Assembly: GCA_965221165.1 (NCBI GenBank)
Contig: CBDCRP010000003.1
Location: 416,001 to 480,000 of the forward strand
Direction of reading: 5' to 3'
Source of the DNA: a bacterium
Lineage (GTDB): Bacteria; UBA8248
Length of the DNA stretch: 64,000 nucleotides
The number at the start of each line of letters is the position of its first letter. Position 1 is the stretch's first letter. The notes beneath the pieces are model-generated. The model was not told the origin of the DNA. It saw only the letters and a list, made by a program, of their open reading frames with translations, and did not search any database. Below are positions 19,849 to 28,285 of the stretch, piece by piece. A program made the translations under genes and the position numbers.

Positions 19849-20060
19849 GTGTTGCCGGATTTCGGTTGACCGAATGCTTACTTCCCAGAAATCCCTTCAA
19901 CGAAGAGTTGAAGGATCCCCTTTTTCGATGCCGCGCAGGTTCCACTTGCCCTGCTCTTCAAAACGAATAGAATCTAACCTCGTTCGAGACGACCCATGAA
20001 CTTCGAGGATTTCTTTTTACCTCCAAATTCCGGGTGGGCAAAAAGTTGATGTGGGAAAGC

Positions 20061-20689
20061 ATGAAAACCAAAATTCCCGAGGCGACCGTCAGCCGATTGT
20101 CACCTACGCCCGAATCCTGGATCAGGCAACAAGCGATGGGGCTGAACTCATCGCGTCCGCCGACTTGGCGGAGCAGTGCGGATTCAAGCCCGCGCAAATC
20201 AGAAAAGATCTCGCCTATTTCGGTGAATTCGGTGTCCGCGGGAAGGGCTATTACATCAAGGAGTTGAGGTACAATCTCAAGAAAATCCTGGGCGTGACCC
20301 GAACATGGAAAGTCGTGCTCGTCGGAGCGGGAAATCTCGGTTCAGCTCTATTGGCGTATAAAGGTTTTCTGGCGCATGGCTTCGAGATCGACGCCGTCTT
20401 CGACAAATTTCCCGAAAAAATACCCGCTCACCGAACCGGCTCTCTTCCGGTGTTGCCGATGTCGAATTTGCATGAAGTGGTGCAAGAAAAACAGATCAAG
20501 ATCGGCATCATCGCAGTGCCGAGCAAAAACGCGCAAAACGTAGGGACATCGCTCGTCAATGCCGGAATTACGGGCATCCTGAATTTCGCTCCCACCCAAA
20601 TTCAAACGCCGCACCATGTAAAGGTGAAAAATGTGGATTTGGGCAGTGAACTGGAACACCTGTCATTCTATCTCTCTCAAAACACTTGA
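20061..20689 (+). CDS. rex: Redox-sensing repressor Rex (apparent 1-nt frameshift near 20100)
   Basis: MKTKIPEATVSRLS in one frame continues as TYARIL...AQIRKDLAYFGEFGVRGKGY...VGAGNLG...ILNFAP in the next frame. Confidence 0.9.
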
Positions 20690-20704
20690 GGCGTTCGCAA
20701 CCGG

Positions 20705-21451
20705 ATGGATGAACCACAAACCTCCTGGATCCTGGCCTTCGACACTTCGATACCCAAAGGAAGGTGCGCGGTGCTTTGTGCAACGGGAACCGCCGAGGAG
20801 GCGCTTCTCCCGGAAGAAACCCGAATTTCAAATACGCTCTTGCCCCAGGTGGAGCAACTCCTGAATTCAAGAAACATCCGCACAAACATGATTCAGGCCA
20901 TTGGCGTGAGCATCGGCCCAGGGACGTTTACCGGGCTACGGGTAGGACTCTCTTGCGCAAAAGGGCTCTCGCTGGGTTTGGGCTGTCCATTGTATGGCTT
21001 TTCATCTTTAGAAATCATGGCGATGGCTGCGCTGCTGCATGAAAAGCAGACGAGCAGAAGTCTACCCAATTACATTCTCCCCTACCGGGATGCCAGGCAT
21101 GGAGAGTTGTTCACCGCTTTGTTCCAAGTATCCAGGAACCCGGGATCCCCTCGGGAAAATGCCCTTTTGCGCGTCCGGGGAGATGAAACCATCACACAAG
21201 ACGAGTTCCGCCCCCCGGAGAATGGCCATACGCTGATCGCGGGAAAAAAAGCGGAATTACCTCAAACCCTTGCCCCTGGAGTTTCAGGAGGAACAATCGG
21301 GCATAGTGAAATCGATTCCTCGGCCATTGCGACCGCATGGCTGACCCACAGAGCCCTCCAAAACCAAACACCCATGCATAGCGCCAACATATCGCTGAAC
21401 TACTGCCGAAAATCTCAAGCGCAAACCAAATGGCCGGACCCTCGGGGTTGA
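20705..21451 (+). CDS. tsaB: tRNA threonylcarbamoyladenosine biosynthesis protein TsaB
   Basis: ILAFDTS, GPGTFTGLRVG, DARHGE. Confidence 0.88.
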   Translation: MDEPQTSWILAFDTSIPKGRCAVLCATGTAEEALLPEETRISNTLLPQVEQLLNSRNIRTNMIQAIGVSIGPGTFTGLRVGLSCAKGLSLGLGCPLYGFSSLEIMAMAALLHEKQTSRSLPNYILPYRDARHGELFTALFQVSRNPGSPRENALLRVRGDETITQDEFRPPENGHTLIAGKKAELPQTLAPGVSGGTIGHSEIDSSAIATAWLTHRALQNQTPMHSANISLNYCRKSQAQTKWPDPRG

Positions 21452-21532
21452 TTCCCGGTTCAATATTTCGTAGATTAAATGATTATTCGCCGGCTATAGG
21501 GCAAGCCCGAATCAAATTCTGAAATTGGCACC

Positions 21533-21763
21533 ATGATACCTATGAGGAGATTTTCATTGGAAACAACCGAAAAAGTGGAAGAAGCATTGAATCTAGGGGA
21601 TGAACTCGCACACCTGAAAAAAGAACACGCCGTTTTAGATGAAAAGATTATCGCTCTTGAAAACGTCCGATTCCCATCCCCGCAAGAACAGCAGCAGATA
21701 AAATTGCTTAAAAAAGAAAAGCTCGCCATCAAGACACAATTGGAAAAGCTGGAGAATAATTGA
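21533..21763 (+). CDS. YdcH/DUF465 family coiled-coil protein
   Basis: LKKEHAVLDEKI...LKKEKLAIK. Confidence 0.75.
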   Translation: MIPMRRFSLETTEKVEEALNLGDELAHLKKEHAVLDEKIIALENVRFPSPQEQQQIKLLKKEKLAIKTQLEKLENN

Positions 21764-21828
21764 AAATCGGGATTTCGCCCGATGAAATATACTAGAGCCT
21801 TGAAATAGATGATTTTACGTTTTCATCC

Positions 21829-22075
21829 TTGACCAAGACGAAAAACATGCAGTAATATCCATCGTTGTGCTCTCAGGATATCAGGGCGGTTATTCGCCCG
21901 GGCATTTCTTGAGATGTATTCAGGGTCTTGGCGCGCGAATAACAGGGAAAACGGCCATATGGGTCCGAAAAAGATGTTGTGGAATAAGGAGTCTGGCGTA
22001 AGAAGGGGGCGGTGTGCCCTCGTGCGCCGTCCCCTGATTTCTTCTTAACGACCCGCCGGCATCACCGGCGTTTTT
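21829..22075 (+). promoter_or_regulatory. Promoter plus structured leader ending in a terminator, upstream of ilvB
   Basis: TTGACC-N18-TAATAT; several hairpins; CGCCGG-CATCA-CCGGCG-TTTTT at 22054-22075. Confidence 0.5.
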
Positions 22076-22129
22076 CGGATCAACGACTTCATTGCCAGAG
22101 TGAGATAAAGCTCAACTGGCTGAGAGGGA

Positions 22130-23914
22130 ATGGCCGTGGCGACCAAGGCGAAAAGCCAAGCAGCAAAACAACCTACAAAACTGAAGCCGAAGAAAATCTC
22201 AGGCGCTGAGATTATCTACCGCAGTCTTGAGCGGGAGGGTGTGAAGTACGTTTTCGGACACCCGGGCGCCATTCTGCTGACGGTCCTGGACCTATTCCTT
22301 AAAAGAAGCAAAATCAAGCACTTGCTCATCCGGCACGAGCAATGCGCCGCGCATATGGCGGAAGGCTATGCCCGCGCCAGCGGCGAAGTCGGCGTATGTC
22401 TTACCACCTCCGGGCCCGGCGCCACGAATCTCATCACGGGCATTACGGATGCCTACATGGACTCTATTCCCATCGTATGTCTCACGGGACAAGTCGCCAC
22501 TTCGATGGTGGGCAACGACGCCTTCCAGGAAGCCGACATCGTCGGCATGACCAGAACCATCACCAAGCACAGCTATCTGGTTCAGAGCACGGATGATCTC
22601 GCTGAAACGGTTCAGGAGGCTTTCTACATCGCACGCACGGGAAGGCCCGGCCCGGTTCTGGTCGATCTGCCCAAAGACGTCCTCCTGGGCGATGGGAACT
22701 ACCAGCTTCCGGACAAAGTGGAACTTCGCGGCTACAAGCCCACGACCAAAGGTCATCCCAGACAAATTCAGCGCGTAGCCGAAGCCATCAAGGAATCCAA
22801 ACAGCCCCTGCTCTACGTGGGCGGCGGCGCCATCCATGCGGAAGCGCATTCTGAGATCGTAAAACTCGCGGAAACGGCCGAGATTCCCGTAACGTATACT
22901 CTCCTGGGCGCAGGCGCTTTTCCGAGCGCACATGAACTCTCGCTGGGTATGCTCGGGATGCACGGAACGGCATACGCCAACTACGCGACCATGGAGTGCG
23001 ACTTGCTCATCGCCGTCGGCGCGAGGTTCGACGATCGCGTCACCGGAAAGGTATCGGAATTCGCTACGCGGGCGAAAATTATCCATATCGACATAGACCC
23101 CACGGCCATCGGGAAAAACAAGGCGGCGGATATCCCGGTTGTGGGCGACGCGCGCCAAGTGCTCGCCGAGGTCAATAAACTCGTCAAGCCCCAGAAGCGC
23201 GCTTTGTGGAAAAAACGGATTGAGAACCTGAGAGCGGAATACCCGCTGACTTTCGATTCGCCGGAGGGTTCGCCGATTAAACCACAAGAGGCCATCGTCG
23301 CCTTAAGCGAGGAGGTGGGCGATAAAGCGATTATCACTACCGAGGTGGGACAACACCAGATGTGGACCGCTCAATTTTATAATTTCACTTTCCCGCGTCA
23401 GTTCATCTCATCCGGCGGCCTCGGAACGATGGGTTTCGGCTTTCCCGCAGCCATCGGCGTGGCGCTGGCGAGACCGGACAAGCTGGCCATCGACATTGCG
23501 GGAGACGGAAGTTTTCAGATGGTGATGCAAGAAATCGCCACGGCCGTTCAATACGACATTCCCGTAAAAGTATTTTTGCTCAACAACGCCACGCTGGGCA
23601 TGGTTCGCCAATGGCAAGACTTGTTTATGGACAGGCGATTCAGCGAAGTGGATTTCGAATCCTCGCCCGATTACGTCAAGATCGCGGAAGCATTCGGCGC
23701 GAGTGGCCGGCGCATCGTGGACAAAGAAGAAATCCGGCCCGCCATTCAGGAAATGATCAACACGCCGGGGCCCTATATTCTGGACGTGATCGTCGACCCC
23801 GACGAATTGGTGTTCCCGATGGTGCCCGCAGGCGGTGCGACGAAAGACATGATCGTGCGCGACAGCCGAAAAAAAGTTCTTCAAGGCAAGCTCAGCGCCT
23901 TGCCCGACAACTAG
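22130..23914 (+). CDS. ilvB: Acetolactate synthase large subunit, copy 1
   Basis: RHEQ, TSGPGATN, AFQEAD, GMHG, RFDDR, GDGSF...NN, GMVRQWQ. Confidence 0.95.
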   Translation: MAVATKAKSQAAKQPTKLKPKKISGAEIIYRSLEREGVKYVFGHPGAILLTVLDLFLKRSKIKHLLIRHEQCAAHMAEGYARASGEVGVCLTTSGPGATNLITGITDAYMDSIPIVCLTGQVATSMVGNDAFQEADIVGMTRTITKHSYLVQSTDDLAETVQEAFYIARTGRPGPVLVDLPKDVLLGDGNYQLPDKVELRGYKPTTKGHPRQIQRVAEAIKESKQPLLYVGGGAIHAEAHSEIVKLAETAEIPVTYTLLGAGAFPSAHELSLGMLGMHGTAYANYATMECDLLIAVGARFDDRVTGKVSEFATRAKIIHIDIDPTAIGKNKAADIPVVGDARQVLAEVNKLVKPQKRALWKKRIENLRAEYPLTFDSPEGSPIKPQEAIVALSEEVGDKAIITTEVGQHQMWTAQFYNFTFPRQFISSGGLGTMGFGFPAAIGVALARPDKLAIDIAGDGSFQMVMQEIATAVQYDIPVKVFLLNNATLGMVRQWQDLFMDRRFSEVDFESSPDYVKIAEAFGASGRRIVDKEEIRPAIQEMINTPGPYILDVIVDPDELVFPMVPAGGATKDMIVRDSRKKVLQGKLSALPDN

Positions 23915-23926
23915 GAGGTTTCATTC

Positions 23927-25621
23927 GTGGAGCTCAATGGCTCGCAAATCCTTATCGAAGAGTTGAAAGCGGCAGGCATAGAGATGGCTTTCGGCATCCC
24001 GGGCGGCGCCATCATGCCTTTTTACGATGAACTGATGAAGTCGGATTTCCCCCACATCCTCACCCGGCACGAACAGGGAGCCGCCCACATGGCGGACGGG
24101 TACGCCCGCGTGAGCGGCAAGGTCGCCGTCGTCGTCACGACGTCCGGCCCCGGGGCCACGAACCTCATCACCGGGCTCGCCAACGCGCAGATGGATTCCG
24201 TGCCGCTCATCGCCATTACGGGACAGGTGGCGACCAACATGATCGGAACCGACGCCTTTCAGGAAGCCGACGTGTACGGCTGCTCCATCCCGGTCACCAA
24301 ATTCAACTGGCTCATCAAGGATGTCAATGAAATTCAACACGTTACGCGGGAAGCGATTCGCGTGGCCACAACGGGGCGGCCCGGCCCCGTTCTGATCGAT
24401 CTTCCAAAGGACATCCAAATCACCAAAGCGGAATACACGCCGCGAGAATCGGGTGAATCCCCTCTTCCGGCCGTCAGGCAATATCCGGAGCTCGATACCG
24501 GGGGAATCGACAAACTGCTCGAAGCCCTGGAGCGGGCCAAGCGACCCGTCATCATCGGCGGCGCCGGCATCATCAAGTCCGGGGCATCCGCGGAACTCAC
24601 GAAATTCGCAAAGACCGCCGGCATTCCGGTTATCAATACCTTGCTGGGGCTGGGGGGGTTCCCCGGCACGGACGATCTTTTCCTCGGAATGCCGGGAATG
24701 CACGGTACGGCCTATGCGAATTTTGCGCTTTGCGAATGTGATTTGCTCCTCAATCTGGGCGCTCGTTTCGATGACCGCGTAACAGGCAAGGTATCGAGTT
24801 TTTGCCCCAAAGCGATTATCGCGCATGTCGACATCGACGCCGCCGAGATCGACAAGCGGGTGCACACCCATATTCCGATTCTCGGGAATGTGCGGGATGT
24901 GCTGGCCGAGCTGAATCAGCGTTTAACGCCCGGTGATTACGAGGGCTGGCAGCAGACCTGGACGGATTGGAAGGAAAACTATCCCCTTCAATACGACTGG
25001 GACGGCTCCATCAAGCCCCAATACGTGATCGATCAGATTCAGGAAATTACCGAAGGCGACGGCATTTATGTGACCGGCGTGGGCCAGCACCAGATGTGGG
25101 CGGCGCAATTCATCCGCTTCAACGAGCCCAAGACCTGGGTGACCTCCGGCGGTCTCGGCACGATGGGCTTCGGGCTTCCCGCCGCCATCGGCGCTAAATT
25201 CGCCCGGCCGGAAAAAGACGTCTGGCTCATCGACGGCGACGGCAGTTTCGCGATGACGCTCGTCGAACTCGCCACGGCGGCGACCTATAACGTCCCCGTG
25301 AAAGTCGCCATCCTGAACAACGCGTACCTGGGAATGGTCCGCCAGTGGCAGGAACTGTTCTTCGAGAAGCGCTACTCGCACTCGCATTACCCGGAAAATC
25401 CGGATTTTGGCGCCATCGCGGAAGGCTATGGCGTAAAGGGCATCAACATCACCGACGTGAATGAGGTGCGAAACTCACTCGAGACGGCGTCCGGGCACGA
25501 TGGGCCCGTGGTGTTGAATTTCATGGTCAACAAAGAGGAAAACGTCTGGCCCATGGTTCCCGCCGGCGCCGGAAACGATGAGATGCAACTCGCGCCTCCT
25601 TCGAGGGAAACAAAATCATGA
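23927..25621 (+). CDS. ilvB: Acetolactate synthase large subunit, copy 2
   Basis: GIPGGAI, RHEQGAAH, GDGSF...NN, GMVRQWQ; GGAGG RBS with GTG start. Confidence 0.95.
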   Translation: MELNGSQILIEELKAAGIEMAFGIPGGAIMPFYDELMKSDFPHILTRHEQGAAHMADGYARVSGKVAVVVTTSGPGATNLITGLANAQMDSVPLIAITGQVATNMIGTDAFQEADVYGCSIPVTKFNWLIKDVNEIQHVTREAIRVATTGRPGPVLIDLPKDIQITKAEYTPRESGESPLPAVRQYPELDTGGIDKLLEALERAKRPVIIGGAGIIKSGASAELTKFAKTAGIPVINTLLGLGGFPGTDDLFLGMPGMHGTAYANFALCECDLLLNLGARFDDRVTGKVSSFCPKAIIAHVDIDAAEIDKRVHTHIPILGNVRDVLAELNQRLTPGDYEGWQQTWTDWKENYPLQYDWDGSIKPQYVIDQIQEITEGDGIYVTGVGQHQMWAAQFIRFNEPKTWVTSGGLGTMGFGLPAAIGAKFARPEKDVWLIDGDGSFAMTLVELATAATYNVPVKVAILNNAYLGMVRQWQELFFEKRYSHSHYPENPDFGAIAEGYGVKGINITDVNEVRNSLETASGHDGPVVLNFMVNKEENVWPMVPAGAGNDEMQLAPPSRETKS

Positions 25622-26121
25622 GACAGGTCTATTCCATTCTCGTCAACAACCACGCGGGCGTGCTCTCCCATGTAGCCGGCCTTTTTACACGCCGAGGATA
25701 CAACATCGAGAGCATCGCCGCCGGGCCGACGGAGAATACCACCATAACGCGCATCGTCATCGTCGCCATCGGCGAGGAAAACGAACTCGACCAGATCGCC
25801 AAGCAACTCCGCAAGCTCTACGACGTGCGGGAAGTCGTGCAAATATCCTACAACCAGGCCGTCACGCGCGAACTCGTTCTTGCGACGATCAAAGCGCCCA
25901 TTGAGAAGAGAAGTGAAATTATCCAACTCGCCAACGCATTCGGCGCACAGGTAATCAACGTGACCGATGGTACGGTTACGCTCGAGGCAAGCGGCAACGA
26001 CCACAAGGTCAGAACCCTCATCAAGGCCTTCGAGGGCTACGGGATATCACAAATGGCGCGCACAGGAATGATTTCACTGCCCTACGACGGCATGCCGGAC
26101 GACTGGGAGCCAATTTCATAA
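25618..26121 (+). CDS. ilvN: Acetolactate synthase small (regulatory) subunit, copy 1
   Basis: NHAGVLSHVAGLFTRRGYNIESI ACT domain; RELVL; ARTG. Confidence 0.92.
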   Translation: MRQVYSILVNNHAGVLSHVAGLFTRRGYNIESIAAGPTENTTITRIVIVAIGEENELDQIAKQLRKLYDVREVVQISYNQAVTRELVLATIKAPIEKRSEIIQLANAFGAQVINVTDGTVTLEASGNDHKVRTLIKAFEGYGISQMARTGMISLPYDGMPDDWEPIS

Positions 26122-26642
26122 TGTCTAGGAACGCCAAGGACGATTCACACACGATAGCGGTTTTGGTGGAAAACAAATTCGGGGTTCTCGCCAAGGTGGC
26201 GAGCCTGTTCAGCGCCCGCGGCTATAACATCGACAGCCTGTGCGTGGGCGTGACGCAGGACCCGAGCGTATCCCGCATCACCCTCGTCACGCGCGGGGAC
26301 GAAAAAATTCTCGAGCAGATTCGAAAACATCTCGGCAGGCTCATCGACACCTTCAAGGTGATGGATATGAGCGAGACGGACAGCGTCGAGCGCGAGATGA
26401 TTCTCATCAAGGTGTCGGCGCCGAAAGCCGCGCGTCCGGAGATTTTTCAAATCATCGATGTTTTCCGTGGCCGCGTCGTCGACGTCTCCACGGATACCAT
26501 TACCGTGGAAGTCACAGGCGATGACGGGAAAATTCACGCCATTTTGAATTTGCTCCAGCCATTCGGCATCAAGGAAATAGCGCGCACGGGCAAGGTCGCC
26601 CTTACCCGGGGGGCGAAAACTCTCAAGGCCGCCAAAAATTAA
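26121..26642 (+). CDS. ilvN: Acetolactate synthase small (regulatory) subunit, copy 2
   Basis: ENKFGVLAKVASLFSARGYNIDSL; EREMILIKV; EIARTG. Confidence 0.94.
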   Translation: MSRNAKDDSHTIAVLVENKFGVLAKVASLFSARGYNIDSLCVGVTQDPSVSRITLVTRGDEKILEQIRKHLGRLIDTFKVMDMSETDSVEREMILIKVSAPKAARPEIFQIIDVFRGRVVDVSTDTITVEVTGDDGKIHAILNLLQPFGIKEIARTGKVALTRGAKTLKAAKN

Positions 26643-26645
26643 CCC

Positions 26646-27302
26646 ATGAGAGAAAGAAACCACCCCCGTAGACCATTCATCGCGAGAGAAGGCTGGGGCT
26701 ACGTTTCGGGTTTATCGGCCGTCTGTCTCATCTCGGTCTTGTTCGGGGGATGGATGTGGGCGACTCTTTTTTTTCTGCTGGCCGCAGCCGTAGCCGGTTT
26801 TTTCAGAGACCCCCATCGCACCCCGCCCGATGAGCCGGGCGTCGTCTTATCCCCGGCAGACGGCCGGGTTGTGGAGGTCGCCTCCACCGAAGGCGGTGGA
26901 GGCGTGATCCGGATTTTTCTCTCTCCTCTGGATGTGCACATCAACCGTTCACCCGTGGAGGGGAGAATATCGGGCATCAACTATAAAAAAGGCCGGTTCC
27001 TGGCTGCCTATAAAGAAGACGCCTCAAGCATCAATGAGCAAAACGCCCTGGAAATTGAAACGAACACAGGCGATAATTTCAGAGTCGTTCAGATCGCCGG
27101 CGTCCTGGCCCGGCGGATTATCTGCTGGACCAAGACGGGCGATACCCTCAGCGCGGGAGAGCGCTTCGGGCTGATTCAGTTCGGCTCGCGAACGGATCTT
27201 TATTTTCCGGAAGGATATGATATATCCGTAGAACAGGGACAACGTGTTCGTGGAGGAGAAACCATCATTGGACGAACAAGCAACCCGGCAGCCACGCAAT
27301 AA
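26646..27302 (+). CDS. psd: Phosphatidylserine decarboxylase proenzyme
   Basis: FFRDP, SPADG, DVHINRSP, FGSRTD cleavage motif. Confidence 0.93.
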   Translation: MRERNHPRRPFIAREGWGYVSGLSAVCLISVLFGGWMWATLFFLLAAAVAGFFRDPHRTPPDEPGVVLSPADGRVVEVASTEGGGGVIRIFLSPLDVHINRSPVEGRISGINYKKGRFLAAYKEDASSINEQNALEIETNTGDNFRVVQIAGVLARRIICWTKTGDTLSAGERFGLIQFGSRTDLYFPEGYDISVEQGQRVRGGETIIGRTSNPAATQ

Positions 27303-28104
27303 ATTTGGTCGTCGTTCACGCAGGAGAAGGCGTCGTTCCGGAAGACGCTCTTTTCAGCGGGGGATATATCTGGTTCCCAACCTGCTGACGACGGGAAGCC
27401 TGTTTGCCGGTTTCTATGCGATTGTCGCCTCCATCCAGGGAGACTTCACCTGGGCCTCACTGGCCATATTATTCGCCATCGTCCTGGATGGGCTCGACGG
27501 AACCGTCGCCCGGTTGACGAAGAGCACAAGCGCTTTTGGTCTTCAGTACGACTCGCTATGCGACCTGACGGCTTTCGGCATCGCCCCGGCCGTTCTCATA
27601 TATACCTGGCTTCTCGCACCTTACGGAAGAATCGGCTGGCTGGCCACATTCATATTCGCCGCTTGCGGGGCCTTGCGACTGGCGCGTTTCAATGTGCTGG
27701 CGCAAGCCAGTAGCGGCTCCCTGGATTTCCGGGGGCTGCCGATACCGGGGGCAGCCGGCGTCCTGGCGTCCATCGTATATCTGGCCGAAGATTTTTCGAT
27801 CAAGGCCCATGTCCCCCTCATCCTGATTGCGGCGCTCAGCTATGTCTTGGCATTCCTGATGGTGAGCACCATTCGCTACAAGAGTTTCAAGGATTTAAGC
27901 GGACCTCTCAGAAGACCGTTCCGTGTTCTCGTCGGCGCCGTGCTGGCCCTTTTCGTGGCGGCGGCGATTCCTCAGGTAGTCGCCTGTCTGGCATTTGTCG
28001 GTTACGCCGCATCCGGCCCCTTTGGGATGATAGCGAGATGGCGGGAAACCAAACGAGGGGCCACCTCGGAAAATCTCGAAGAAAAGCACTCGGAATCTTC
28101 ATAA
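27268..28104 (+). CDS. pssA: CDP-diacylglycerol--serine O-phosphatidyltransferase
   Basis: VPNLLT, DGLDGTVAR, DSLCD, LRLARFN, GLPIP; TTG start after GGAGGA. Confidence 0.93.
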   Translation: MDEQATRQPRNKFGRRSRRRRRRSGRRSFQRGIYLVPNLLTTGSLFAGFYAIVASIQGDFTWASLAILFAIVLDGLDGTVARLTKSTSAFGLQYDSLCDLTAFGIAPAVLIYTWLLAPYGRIGWLATFIFAACGALRLARFNVLAQASSGSLDFRGLPIPGAAGVLASIVYLAEDFSIKAHVPLILIAALSYVLAFLMVSTIRYKSFKDLSGPLRRPFRVLVGAVLALFVAAAIPQVVACLAFVGYAASGPFGMIARWRETKRGATSENLEEKHSESS

Positions 28105-28285
28105 TCCTCTCCCTGATCGCGAGCTCACCCCGCGATGAGTGGTTCGGACAATGGCCATCTCCTGTCTTTTTCATCATTGCCCCTGATTGCGATCTCACCA
28201 AATAGCATTCATAATCCATCTCATTAAAAACCGTTATCAAAAAGCCCGACTCATTTGAAGTTAGAGATACTTTTCGCGAACCACG

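Noticed and set aside
17934-20060. Rex operator (TTGTGAA-N4-TTCACAA) upstream of atpZ or rex
   Set aside because: No good match found by eye.
18049-20689. F0 genes separated from the b and F1 genes and followed by rex
   Set aside because: Known arrangement in deltaproteobacteria such as Desulfovibrio; not novel.
21914-22048. Short ORF MYSGSWRANN... as an ilv leader peptide
   Set aside because: No Ile/Leu/Val run and no clear RBS.
26121-27302. No ilvC between ilvN and psd
   Set aside because: Genes are tightly packed with no remnant; probably just located elsewhere, which cannot be judged from this window.
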